Shown one piece after another: positions 32,886 through 42,187 of a stretch of DNA of 64,000 nt; positions within the stretch are counted from its first letter, which is position 1; each line of letters starts with the position of its first letter. This DNA is from an uncultured bacterium. Lineage in GTDB: Bacteria > Chlamydiota > Chlamydiia > Chlamydiales > JAJFMA01. Where the stretch lies: contig CAYTFC010000003.1 in assembly GCA_964436955.1 (NCBI GenBank), forward strand, positions 4,159 to 68,158. Reading direction: 5' to 3'. Both the position numbers and the translations under genes were made by a program. The notes below the pieces were generated by a model. The model was not told the origin of the DNA and searched no databases. It worked only from the letters and a program-made list of their open reading frames with translations.

Positions 32886-33866
32886 TTGGTAATTGCAATG
32901 ACCACCTCTCGTTTTGTTAGTACTTTTTTTGCTTTCTTTGCTCTGCTTCTCCTCTTGACAGGCTGCTCTAGCCGCGAAATCATCGCTCACGATATGGATG
33001 AACGCGACGCTAACGAAATCCTCGTCTTCCTATCGGGTAAAGGGATTGAAGCCATCAAGGAGGAAGCTTTAGCAGGTACTGGAGGCGGTGGTGGCGGGGC
33101 GAAAAAATGGAATATTTCTGTCCCTTCAGAACAGAAACGTGAATCCATGGCCATTCTTAGCCAGGCTGGATTGCCTCGTCGTCCAGTTCAGAACCTTCTT
33201 GACCTCTTTAAGGACTCCGGCTTGGTGCCATCCGAACTTCAGCAGGAAATTCGCTATCAAACCGGCCTTGCCGAACAAATTGCTAGTGTCATTCGTAAAA
33301 TGGACGGAATTGTCGATGCAGAAGTACAACTAGCATTTCCTAAGGAAGATATTCTGAACCCTAATGCCAAAAAGGGTAAGATTACGGCTTCTGTATATGT
33401 GAAACATACCGGTGTACTGAACGATCCTAACAGCCTTGTTATTTCACGTATTCGTTCGCTAGTATCAGGATCGGTTCCGGAGCTGAACTATGATAACGTC
33501 ACTGTTGTACCTGACTTAGCTCGGTATCGCGAAGCTACTCCTAGTGGTGGTGAGGAAGGTATGAAATCTGGAGACAAGCCTTTGGTCTCTATCTGGACCA
33601 TTATCATAGCCAAAGAATCGGTTACACGTTTCCGTATCGTATTCTTCTCTTTCTTTGTTACTACGATCCTTTTGCTTACTCTGTTGTTCCTGCTGATCTT
33701 CCGTATTATGCCTATTCTACATGCAGCGAAAACTTCAGGTTCGCTATTTTCATTACGGCGTATTCATCCTGACGATGTCGTAAAGAAAGATGAACCAAAG
33801 TCACAAGCTGGTGTCGTGGAAGCAGGGAAGAATCCCTCAGACGCCGATGAAGAAGAGGAAACCTAA
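32886..33866 (+). CDS. sctJ: T3SS inner-membrane ring lipoprotein SctJ (YscJ/HrcJ/CdsJ family)
   Basis: Lipobox LLLTGCSS, then EIIAHDMDERDANEILVFLSGKGIEA (YscJ-type), C-terminal TM; TTG 32886 or ATG 32898. Confidence 0.85.
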   Translation: MVIAMTTSRFVSTFFAFFALLLLLTGCSSREIIAHDMDERDANEILVFLSGKGIEAIKEEALAGTGGGGGGAKKWNISVPSEQKRESMAILSQAGLPRRPVQNLLDLFKDSGLVPSELQQEIRYQTGLAEQIASVIRKMDGIVDAEVQLAFPKEDILNPNAKKGKITASVYVKHTGVLNDPNSLVISRIRSLVSGSVPELNYDNVTVVPDLARYREATPSGGEEGMKSGDKPLVSIWTIIIAKESVTRFRIVFFSFFVTTILLLTLLFLLIFRIMPILHAAKTSGSLFSLRRIHPDDVVKKDEPKSQAGVVEAGKNPSDADEEEET

Positions 33867-33874
33867 TAGATATC

Positions 33875-34735
33875 ATGGAACGCAAAGGATGGATGATTCT
33901 GCGTGTTTTGTTGAATCGCTATTATGGCGGCCTTTCAGAAGAGGTTGCTGCAATGGTGCCGGAGAGTTATCGCGCTACGCTTAAACAAAGCGATCTTTCG
34001 GCCACCGATGCAGCCTCTTTGCTGGTACAACCTTCTTTCCGCCTGAAAAATATTCATTATTCATGGTTTATACCAGCTATTCAGGCTTTGCCAAAGCCGC
34101 TGCGTAAACCGACAATTGGTGCCTTGGAACATTCTCAGGCTATTGGAATCTGTCGTATGCTACGCTGTGGGATGCCCGAAACATCGCCTAGCTCGCCCAT
34201 TGGGGAATTTTTGCTTCACACACTGTATCATCGAGTAGATCCTGAAGAACGATTGCCAGCATCTTATCTTGAAGACACACCATTAAAGTCATTGGCAGTG
34301 TATTCTAAAGCTACCCTTACGAAACTTATCGATCTCTTAGGAATTAGAGACCTTGTTCAGGAAGTGCGCCTTATCGTGAATAAGCATCATCAAGAAGCAC
34401 TCATGAATTGTTTAACTGAGGAAGAGCGACAGTTTTTTGAATTCTATATGTATAAGCAGCGGGAAAAACTTAAGGTTCCTCGGTTAAATCTCACGGGATG
34501 GAATGGCGAACCTCGCAAAGTGCGTCAGCAAATTCAAATACGTGGCCTTATGCGTTTTGGCAAGGCGCTATCGGGACAAAATCCAGATTTTCTTTGGTAT
34601 ATCTATCATACCTTAGATACGGGGCGCGCCGCGATTATTAAACAATATTGTGCCAATACGCCTATTGAAGGGCTTACGGCAGAATTACAGCGACAGGTCA
34701 TAGGACTCATCAATTATTTTAATAAGAAAGAGTAG
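33875..34735 (+). CDS. hypothetical T3SS-associated protein in the sctK position
   Basis: 286-aa ORF between sctJ and sctL, 8-nt and 2-nt intergenic gaps; no motif recognised. Confidence 0.6.
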   Translation: MERKGWMILRVLLNRYYGGLSEEVAAMVPESYRATLKQSDLSATDAASLLVQPSFRLKNIHYSWFIPAIQALPKPLRKPTIGALEHSQAIGICRMLRCGMPETSPSSPIGEFLLHTLYHRVDPEERLPASYLEDTPLKSLAVYSKATLTKLIDLLGIRDLVQEVRLIVNKHHQEALMNCLTEEERQFFEFYMYKQREKLKVPRLNLTGWNGEPRKVRQQIQIRGLMRFGKALSGQNPDFLWYIYHTLDTGRAAIIKQYCANTPIEGLTAELQRQVIGLINYFNKKE

Positions 34736-34737
34736 TC

Positions 34738-35367
34738 GTGGGTAAAAAGAAGTTTTTCACTCTCTTGTATGGGCAAAATGTACATGTCTCTCCAGGTTCC
34801 AAGGTCATACCTGCCAAGGTGTTTTCCAAAGCCCTTACGGCAGCAGAAGTGCTTGCACATGCGCAAGAGGAAGTAGATCGCTATCGCCAGGAAGTTGCTG
34901 AAGAGTGTGAGAAGCTTAAAATTCAAGCTCAGCAAGAAGGGTTTCAAGAAGGTTTTGCTAAATGGGCTGGGCATGTCGCGGAATTGGAAGCGGAAATGGC
35001 AAACGTCAATCGCGCTACCGAAAAAATGATTATTCCAGTAGCTTTAAAGGCCGCACGAAAAATTGTTGGACGCGAAATTGAGCTTTCTGAAAAAGCCATT
35101 GTGGATATCGTTGCAACCAAACTCAAAGCTGTTAAGCAGAGCAAGCAAGTTGTTGTTTACGTTTGCCCTCAAGACCTTAATAAACTTGAGGCTAGCAGAA
35201 AAGAACTCATGCAGGTATTCGAGAAATTAGAGACACTCTCCATTCGTCCTAGCGATGATGTTAAGCCTGGAGGCTGCATCATTGAAACGGAAGCTGGAAT
35301 TATCAATGCCCAGCTAGAGAAGCAGTGGGAAATACTGGAAAATGCCTTTCAATCGATGATGACATAA
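34738..35367 (+). CDS. sctL: T3SS stator protein SctL (YscL/FliH family)
   Basis: 209 aa, coiled-coil-rich (AEVLAHAQEEVDRYRQEVAEECEKLKIQAQQEG), position directly before sctR; GTG start. Confidence 0.65.
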   Translation: MGKKKFFTLLYGQNVHVSPGSKVIPAKVFSKALTAAEVLAHAQEEVDRYRQEVAEECEKLKIQAQQEGFQEGFAKWAGHVAELEAEMANVNRATEKMIIPVALKAARKIVGREIELSEKAIVDIVATKLKAVKQSKQVVVYVCPQDLNKLEASRKELMQVFEKLETLSIRPSDDVKPGGCIIETEAGIINAQLEKQWEILENAFQSMMT

Positions 35368-35379
35368 AGGTCAATAGAC

Positions 35380-36273
35380 ATGAGATCGAGACTTTTCTCC
35401 TTACGCTTTATGCTTTATCTCTCGGCGGCACTGGCCGTTGCATGGCTCGTGCCAGTGGATCTTTTTCCGCAAAACAAAACGAATGTTGAAAAGACCGATC
35501 AAGTTCAAAAAGCCCCTGCTGACGCAAACAAGACCCAGGAACAAGTTGCAGGTCAACCAAAGCCGGCTGAAATTTTGGAGCATGCCCCATTCGATGAATT
35601 CAAACGACCATCGTTGATTACTCAGGCTGTTACGCTTTCTTTGTTGGCACTGTTGCCCTTCATCATCATGCTGTTGACCTCGTTCCTAAAGATCGTGATC
35701 GTGCTATCACTTCTTCGAAGCGCCTTAGGTGTTCAGCAAGCGCCCCCGAACCAGATCATCAACGGCGTGGGCTTCATGCTCACCATGTACATCATGTATC
35801 CCACAGCGCTGGAAATGTATGATGAATCTAATCTTGCCATTAACGAGTATGCTGCGCCTGAGTCCATGTTTACTACTGAATCATCTCAATATATTGTTAA
35901 CGTTGCCGGACGCACGCGGGAGCCTCTTAGGTTGTTCTTGAAACGCAATTCGGCCGTTAAGCACCAAGCTCTCTTTTACCGAATGGCTTACCGCATTATC
36001 CCTGAAGACCATCGTGCAAGCTTAACCCCAGAAGATTTCATTATTTTGGTACCAGCATTTATCACGAGTCAGCTGAAAGAAGCTTTTGAGATCGGGGTAT
36101 TGATCTACATACCGTTCTTTGTTATCGATCTTGTGACCTCCAACGTCCTACTCGCTATGGGTATGATGATGCTGTCCCCCGTAACCATTTCCATGCCTCT
36201 GAAACTTTTCCTGCTGGTAATGCTTGATGGATGGACGCTGTTGATCGAAGGTTTGGTATTAACTTTCCGCTAA
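35380..36273 (+). CDS. sctR: T3SS export apparatus protein SctR (YscR/FliP family) with N-terminal extension
   Basis: TSFLKIVIVLSLLRSALGVQQAPPNQIINGVGFMLTMYIMYP matches the FliP/YscR core. Confidence 0.9.
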   Translation: MRSRLFSLRFMLYLSAALAVAWLVPVDLFPQNKTNVEKTDQVQKAPADANKTQEQVAGQPKPAEILEHAPFDEFKRPSLITQAVTLSLLALLPFIIMLLTSFLKIVIVLSLLRSALGVQQAPPNQIINGVGFMLTMYIMYPTALEMYDESNLAINEYAAPESMFTTESSQYIVNVAGRTREPLRLFLKRNSAVKHQALFYRMAYRIIPEDHRASLTPEDFIILVPAFITSQLKEAFEIGVLIYIPFFVIDLVTSNVLLAMGMMMLSPVTISMPLKLFLLVMLDGWTLLIEGLVLTFR

Positions 36274-36291
36274 TTGAAAGGGGCTTAAACG

Positions 36292-36567
36292 ATGTTCCAA
36301 ACACAAGTTGTGCAGCTGGCCTATAAGGGCCTTTTGCTGATTCTCATTCTCTCAGCGCCCCCGATTTTGATCAGTATGTTCTTTGGTATCATCGTGGCTA
36401 TCTTTCAGGCAGCAACGCAAATTCAGGAGCAAACTCTCTCTTTTACGGTTAAGTTGGTGGCTGTTACCTTAGTCTTGATGCTTCTTGGCCCTTGGTTAGG
36501 AGCTCAGATTATGAGTTTGGCAGTTGACGTTTTCAAAAACTTCCCCGTTTGGGCAAGGTCGGGATAA
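36292..36567 (+). CDS. sctS: T3SS export apparatus protein SctS (YscS/FliQ family)
   Basis: 91 aa, FQAATQIQEQTLSFTVKLVAV core motif, two TM helices. Confidence 0.9.
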   Translation: MFQTQVVQLAYKGLLLILILSAPPILISMFFGIIVAIFQAATQIQEQTLSFTVKLVAVTLVLMLLGPWLGAQIMSLAVDVFKNFPVWARSG

Positions 36568-36570
36568 TCG

Positions 36571-37443
36571 ATGGAGGCCGAATCAAATCTTTACCTAGAT
36601 CTCTATTTGAACGGCCATTTTCCTAACAATACGCCCGTATCTTTGCTTTCTATGATGCTGTTGGTTTTAGGACGCATTCTGCCCATTATCTCTCAGTCAC
36701 CCTTTTTGGGTGCACGTGTGTTACCCCACCCGGTTAAGGTGACGTTTGCCATGTCCCTTTTTGTGATTTTTTTGCCCCAACTTTTGATCACTACAGAAAC
36801 ACCTATCGAGTTCAACTTACGTATGGTGTTGCTCATGGCAAAGGAAATTTTCATTGGTTATTCCATCGGATTTTTGATGAGTATTCCGTTTGTTGTGGCT
36901 CAAAACGTGGGTATGATCATAGACCACCAGCGCGGTGGTGCCAGCTTGATGGTGAACGACCCCACTATTCAGAACCAATCATCGCCGATTGGCACCCTTC
37001 TCAACATGATGTTGATCTATTTGTTCTTTGTCATGGATGGTCCTTTTCACTTCATTGAGGGAATTCGCAAATCTTATGAATTAATACCTCTAGACCGGTT
37101 TTTGAGCAGCGCCTTCTTTTCTCCACAGTCTCCAATGTATCGGCTAAACCTCGAAGTCTTCAACACAATGATGGTGCTCACACTGCAACTTTCTGCGCCT
37201 GCATTGCTGACGATTTTGATGACAGACGTCTTTTTAGGTATCGCTAATCGCCTAGCACCTCAAGTACAGATAACCTTTTTAGGTATGCCCTTAAAGTCTT
37301 TGCTGGCCCTCATGATAGTCACGATAGGACTACAGGTGTTTACACAGCAGCTTACGATAGATACCTATAAATGGCTGCAAACAGTCATTAGAGCCATTGG
37401 ATGGTTAACATATGGTCTACCACCTTCTGTTGCCCCAACATAA
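36571..37443 (+). CDS. sctT: T3SS export apparatus protein SctT (YscT/FliR family)
   Basis: 290-aa polytopic membrane protein directly after sctS; DHQRGGA loop typical of FliR/SctT. Confidence 0.85.
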   Translation: MEAESNLYLDLYLNGHFPNNTPVSLLSMMLLVLGRILPIISQSPFLGARVLPHPVKVTFAMSLFVIFLPQLLITTETPIEFNLRMVLLMAKEIFIGYSIGFLMSIPFVVAQNVGMIIDHQRGGASLMVNDPTIQNQSSPIGTLLNMMLIYLFFVMDGPFHFIEGIRKSYELIPLDRFLSSAFFSPQSPMYRLNLEVFNTMMVLTLQLSAPALLTILMTDVFLGIANRLAPQVQITFLGMPLKSLLALMIVTIGLQVFTQQLTIDTYKWLQTVIRAIGWLTYGLPPSVAPT

Positions 37444-37600
37444 CCTTGTCTTTTATACCTTTTTTAGATTCTTATCCTGGCGCTTAAGAGTAAATGCAAT
37501 GTTCCCAATGTCAATTTTAGTTTAAAATATTGTTGATTAAAACTTTAATCATGCTTAAACTGCCTGATATCATTTTTTAATTAATGAGAAGAAATACTTG

Positions 37601-39058
37601 ATGGAGCCACTTCGTGCTGAGTCTAATACCTCGGCGGTCTATTCGAAAAATAACACCCCTCCTATAAAAGATAAGTATTTAAATTATTTACGTGATTATC
37701 TTTGCGTGAATGAAGCACAAGCTCGCTGTGAAAAGGCATATGAATGCTATAGTCAGTTTGCATCTAGCAATCTTGACGATGCTCTTAGAGTGGTAGAGAG
37801 GGTTTTGGAGACCTTGACTACTACGACGCAGACGCCTGATTCCCTGCCTCCTCCTACGGCAGAATCCCTATGGGGTGTAATAGAAAGCGTTGTGTGTATT
37901 CAAGCACATCTTAAAGCAGCAGATTCCTTACAAAGTTACATCCATCAAGATTTTACTTTAAGAAATCTTTTAAATTACATATCAGATCTTTGTATTGGAC
38001 AAGACATTGCAAAAGATGGTCCTTTGCTTTTTGCGGCAGCATTTCTTTTGGACGATTTTCCTGAGATATTTACCCAGAAAGATTTTAGCAGAAGATTGTC
38101 ATTTGGAACATCATCTCTTCTTTGCCGTCTTGTTTTTGAAAATCATACAAATCAACCATTAACGGAGGAATTAGATGCGTTACATGAACGCATAGGGTGG
38201 ATTGTCGCCATAGATTGGCTTGAAAGCAATACCCAGCCAGAGTTTGGCAGTTGTGCCACGCATCTAAGAAGATTGGTCGTAATAGAGCTACAAAAACGCA
38301 CCTCTGAATTGCCACTAGGGCATCAGTTTTTGTTTCCATTAGGTTGGATGTGTATTGAAAAGACTGCCCATGTGATGATTGGAAGATTCACTAAAAGGAT
38401 GGAAGGATTTGAGCTATCTATTATTAATCCTGGGGAAGGAGCTCAGCAATGGCACAATGCCCATAAAGTGCCATTTTCTGCTTATCCATCTATTGAAGAT
38501 ACCGTTACCATGAGTAATATCTCATTGGATGATGCCTTTCAATATCTTGAGCAAGTCATCTCCCTATCAAGTTCTTTAAAGACACAATCTCCTTCCGAGA
38601 TAGTTAAACAGGCATTGGAAGTTCTTTACGGTTTGCGAACCAATAAAGTTGTCTGTTCCTCGCGGTCACAGATACAACGATCGCCTGTATGCGGAGTTAA
38701 AGTTTTGAAACGTTTACGTAAATTGTATGGATCTTGGCAGATACAAGATAAAATGTATGTGCTATCTCTATTTTGGCCTACGATACGCACGACAGTCTTG
38801 GCAAGACACATTATAAACCAACTTAAGCATATTCTTTTAAAAAATTGGTTACTAAGTGTCATCCAAAAGTCGTCGGCCACTCAAATTACAGCATTGGTGA
38901 ATGATTACATCGCGCGGACGAAATATATTCCTGGCAAAGTAGTGGCAGTAGCTTTTTACAATATACCCGAGGAAGGGGCGCTTAAAGACTTTGTGCAATG
39001 TATTCTTAAAAGCTTTCCTGACTGGGCCATTGACTTTGATCATATTGCAGCTGGATAG
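37601..39058 (+). CDS. hypothetical protein (candidate T3SS substrate)
   Basis: 485-aa ORF after sctT behind an AT-rich 150-nt gap; no TM, no signal peptide; see findings for a weak His...Asn...Gln-x4-Cys pattern. Confidence 0.6.
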   Translation: MEPLRAESNTSAVYSKNNTPPIKDKYLNYLRDYLCVNEAQARCEKAYECYSQFASSNLDDALRVVERVLETLTTTTQTPDSLPPPTAESLWGVIESVVCIQAHLKAADSLQSYIHQDFTLRNLLNYISDLCIGQDIAKDGPLLFAAAFLLDDFPEIFTQKDFSRRLSFGTSSLLCRLVFENHTNQPLTEELDALHERIGWIVAIDWLESNTQPEFGSCATHLRRLVVIELQKRTSELPLGHQFLFPLGWMCIEKTAHVMIGRFTKRMEGFELSIINPGEGAQQWHNAHKVPFSAYPSIEDTVTMSNISLDDAFQYLEQVISLSSSLKTQSPSEIVKQALEVLYGLRTNKVVCSSRSQIQRSPVCGVKVLKRLRKLYGSWQIQDKMYVLSLFWPTIRTTVLARHIINQLKHILLKNWLLSVIQKSSATQITALVNDYIARTKYIPGKVVAVAFYNIPEEGALKDFVQCILKSFPDWAIDFDHIAAG

Positions 39059-39107
39059 CCTTCGGCGCCTAGAGGATTATGGTTCTTGTGCTGTTCTGGT
39101 GAACATC

Positions 39108-40445
39108 CTAATACGACAAAATGTTCGCGTATACCTTCTCAAACGGTTGCCAGGGATGTACATTGAAGCTTGAATTATGCCAGAGCAGTGTAAATGTGCC
39201 TTTGTACTTTCGGACGCTCTCCACGAGAGACTTGACTTTTTGTGCCATCTCATTAGGAGTCTGTTGTTGATAGATAATAAACGAACCCTCCATGGCAATG
39301 AGCGGCACTTCAATCAGCTTGAGTTTCTGACGTGTTAACACATTAAAAACGGGATAGGGATCGCATATGCCACATCGAAATCCGGGTGCATCGGCGTAAC
39401 CAAGCGTGCTATCATATTCCATGCCATTGTCTTCCCAGACGTTCCATAGTTGTGGAACGTTGCATCTCAAATAGTGTTGTCTTCCTTTGCGTACAGGCCG
39501 TCTAGCAGACTCTTCTAGAAGCTTATGTTCGTTAGTCCATTGCTGTGGATTTTGCAGCGTATTGTAGCTAGGGTGAAAACCTATTTGATGTCCACGAGTT
39601 TGTATTTCGCGAAATAAGGATTGGATGCGATGATCCTTCACTGAATAGGAACTGTCATATTTTGTGCTGCCGCCACTCATAAAGTTAAACTGTGATTGGG
39701 CTCCAACCGCTTCTGAGAGGTTCATCAGATTGGAAAACGTATCATATGGATCGGATCTTCCTAAGTATTTTGTGTGTACAAAGCTCTTCAAATTAGTCAA
39801 AGCTAGCTTGATATCACGACGTTTTAGGATATCTCCAGCACAAACACGTACACCGTTAGTCAATCCATTCCAGCGCCAAGGAAAGTCAACATCGTGACTA
39901 ATATCCCATTTAAAGACTCGTTGTTTACGCGGAGATGTATATCCCAAGTGCCTGAGCATATTGTAGAGCATTTCTGCATATTCATTTACTACAGGACGAT
40001 GAAGGAATCCATCGCGAAACGCTACGCTAGCCAATCCGGGAAAGCGCTCGTGACCATCTCTAACCTTATTGACAGATTCTTCCCAGCGGGTCAGCATGAA
40101 GAATGCGCTAGCCACTAGGTCTATTTGGCAAAGGATGCGCCCTGTCTCGACTACTACATCATTATAACCAAAAATGATGGGAAGATCACTCTCAGGGGCG
40201 AATGGTACGTGTGAAAGACGTACGGATGTTGGTATTTTAGAATACTCGAGAAAGGTATCTCCGTATTTCTCAAAGAAATGATCTACTAGTTTTAGCTGAT
40301 TACCATTAGGTAAACTTAGCACGACGGATTGGACAGTACAATCCACTACGACAACAAAAGAAAAGCCTAAAATTACCTCTAAAAGTACTTCTAAAACATA
40401 TCTACGTTCGGATTCAAATGTGGGTGGTATTGCTATGTTTAGCAT
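39108..40445 (-). CDS. polysaccharide deacetylase-like (NodB-type) protein with N-terminal extra domain
   Basis: WDISHDVDFPW (Asp-Asp-type metal motif) and IGFHPSYNT (H-x-x-x-x His motif); 445 aa. Confidence 0.6.
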   Translation of the reverse strand: MLNIAIPPTFESERRYVLEVLLEVILGFSFVVVVDCTVQSVVLSLPNGNQLKLVDHFFEKYGDTFLEYSKIPTSVRLSHVPFAPESDLPIIFGYNDVVVETGRILCQIDLVASAFFMLTRWEESVNKVRDGHERFPGLASVAFRDGFLHRPVVNEYAEMLYNMLRHLGYTSPRKQRVFKWDISHDVDFPWRWNGLTNGVRVCAGDILKRRDIKLALTNLKSFVHTKYLGRSDPYDTFSNLMNLSEAVGAQSQFNFMSGGSTKYDSSYSVKDHRIQSLFREIQTRGHQIGFHPSYNTLQNPQQWTNEHKLLEESARRPVRKGRQHYLRCNVPQLWNVWEDNGMEYDSTLGYADAPGFRCGICDPYPVFNVLTRQKLKLIEVPLIAMEGSFIIYQQQTPNEMAQKVKSLVESVRKYKGTFTLLWHNSSFNVHPWQPFEKVYANILSY

Positions 40446-40446
40446 A

Positions 40447-41424
40447 TCACATCAAACTTTGACGTAGCGCGCGCAATAATCGTAGCCATTTTGGCTTAGT
40501 GTGCCAGATGTGAAAGTAAGGGGTTTGCTCTCCTCCAAACGCGCGCAGAAAAGGTTCAACTCTTTCGATCATGCTTCCTTCAAAATTTAGAGTTCGACCC
40601 ATTTTAGAGGCTAATTTTATCGCCTCCCAAAATAGAAAACTACTGGCTCCGCTACTCCTCCACATTGGATCCGCTCCCGCCATTAAAGAATGAACTTCTT
40701 GGTTGTCCCAAGCAAGATAAAGTCCCGCATGCATTATTCCCTCTGAGTCTCTGGCAATCAAAATCTCACGACAGCCTTTTTCAGCACATGCCTTATCTAG
40801 TGATTTAATGGCGGCATCCGAATTAGGCACCTGTTTGTTTTGCCGCTCAAACGTTTTCCTTTGAATGTCGAGTAAACTGCGCAAGTCTTCTCCGAAAGAA
40901 CATGTCAGTTGCTTAGAAGCCTTCCGAATATCCGTCTTAATATTGCCCTTAAAGCTATTAAAGACAGCCTCAGGATTAGATAAATCTTTAAGAATGTATG
41001 TATATCGCACACTTGACTGAAAACCTTTCCAGTAGCAAGGCAACCAATTAGTTACGGAGTGATGCAAATACTGATTAAAATGCGCGATATTGGGGAAATC
41101 GGATAGGAGTTCAGTGTATATTTCGCATTCATAAGATGCCTTAGATACATGCTTTTGTCCTTTCGGATAGCTTAAAAATGGCCCCATTCTAGGAGTCAAT
41201 GGTGGCATATTAATCGTGGTTATCCCTAGTTTTTTTTTGGTAAAATAGGGCCAAACGCCGGCTACTTTGCCTTCCCGATAGACAATGGAGGCATCCCATC
41301 CTTCGATGCCGCAAACAGCATCTAACCAAAATGGCTGCACGTATAGTGGAAGAGCGGCGTGTTCATTCGCAAATTGACGGTAGGCGGTTTGTTTTTTTAA
41401 CTGCGCCATTTGTGAGCCTTGCAA
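40447..41424 (-). CDS. FemAB-like / GNAT-fold acyl- or aminoacyl-transferase
   Basis: 325 aa, two-lobed GNAT-like pattern (ILIARDSEGIMHAGLYLAWDNQEVHSLMAG ... SSFLFWEAIKLASKMG); 1-nt gap to the downstream deacetylase-like gene. Confidence 0.5.
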   Translation of the reverse strand: MQGSQMAQLKKQTAYRQFANEHAALPLYVQPFWLDAVCGIEGWDASIVYREGKVAGVWPYFTKKKLGITTINMPPLTPRMGPFLSYPKGQKHVSKASYECEIYTELLSDFPNIAHFNQYLHHSVTNWLPCYWKGFQSSVRYTYILKDLSNPEAVFNSFKGNIKTDIRKASKQLTCSFGEDLRSLLDIQRKTFERQNKQVPNSDAAIKSLDKACAEKGCREILIARDSEGIMHAGLYLAWDNQEVHSLMAGADPMWRSSGASSFLFWEAIKLASKMGRTLNFEGSMIERVEPFLRAFGGEQTPYFHIWHTKPKWLRLLRALRQSLM

Positions 41425-41452
41425 CGATGTGTCTTACACGAAATAACCACAT

Positions 41453-42187
41453 TTACTCCGATGCTAATCTAGCTAATACTCCACCATCACAGACAAATTC
41501 TTGGCCTGTGATACTACCTGATAAATCCGTATTCGCCAAAAATAAGGCGAGGGATGCAATTTCTTCGGGCCGTACAATACGGCCTAAAGGAGTAGATCTC
41601 TCTAAACGAAGCTTGGCCTCTTCATATTCTGAAGATCTGCTTAGGCTTCTTTTGAGCATCTCTGTGTTCACAGCTCCTGGCAAAATAGCATTCACGCGGA
41701 TATCAAGGGGCGCTAATTCAAGAGCAGCAGCTCGAGTAAATGCGCTCATCCCCCCTTTAGAGGTGACATAGGCGCACATTCCAGCCGAGGTCGCTCTGGC
41801 ATGAACCGACGAAATGTTCACAATCGAGCCTCCACTTAGTACTGGAGCAAATGCTTTGGTCATATAGAATGCGCCATTCAAATTAGTGGACATCACACGG
41901 TCCCATTCATCGATTGAGGTATCTAGTAACGATTTTTCGATCTGAATTGCCGCATTGTTAACCAAACAGTTAATGGTGCGATTCTCGGCTATGAATGCAT
42001 CTGCGAGACGTATCACTTGTGCTGGCTTACTAATATCTAACTCGATGTAGTTCCAGGCGCATTCGCTAGGCTTATCAGTGATGTCTAAACCGGTTACAAT
42101 CCATCCACGTTCAAAAAAGAGGTCTGCTATGGCTCTGCCAATACCTTGATTGCATCCAGTGATTAGAACATGCTTATTGTTGACCAA
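41453..42187 (-). CDS. short-chain dehydrogenase/reductase (SDR)
   Basis: VLITGCNQGIGRAIA cofactor motif, NISS, YVTSKGG (YxxxK) catalytic motif. Confidence 0.85.
   Translation of the reverse strand: MVNNKHVLITGCNQGIGRAIADLFFERGWIVTGLDITDKPSECAWNYIELDISKPAQVIRLADAFIAENRTINCLVNNAAIQIEKSLLDTSIDEWDRVMSTNLNGAFYMTKAFAPVLSGGSIVNISSVHARATSAGMCAYVTSKGGMSAFTRAAALELAPLDIRVNAILPGAVNTEMLKRSLSRSSEYEEAKLRLERSTPLGRIVRPEEIASLALFLANTDLSGSITGQEFVCDGGVLARLASE

Larger units (their letters stand above)
32886..37443 (+). other. type III secretion gene cluster (sctJ, K-slot ORF, sctL, sctR, sctS, sctT)
   Basis: Six co-directional, closely spaced genes with the family motifs listed below; same order as C. trachomatis CT559-CT564 (recalled from memory). 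Confidence 0.85.

Noticed and set aside
41331-41771. Long antisense ORFs (this 146-aa one; also 43124..43501, 29772..30155, 27116..27472, 1075..1419, 48813..49163, 63074..63406)
   Set aside because: Each lies fully opposite a gene with strong family motifs, lacks an RBS, and has low-complexity Arg/Ser/Cys-rich translations. That is typical of shadow ORFs in mid-GC DNA.
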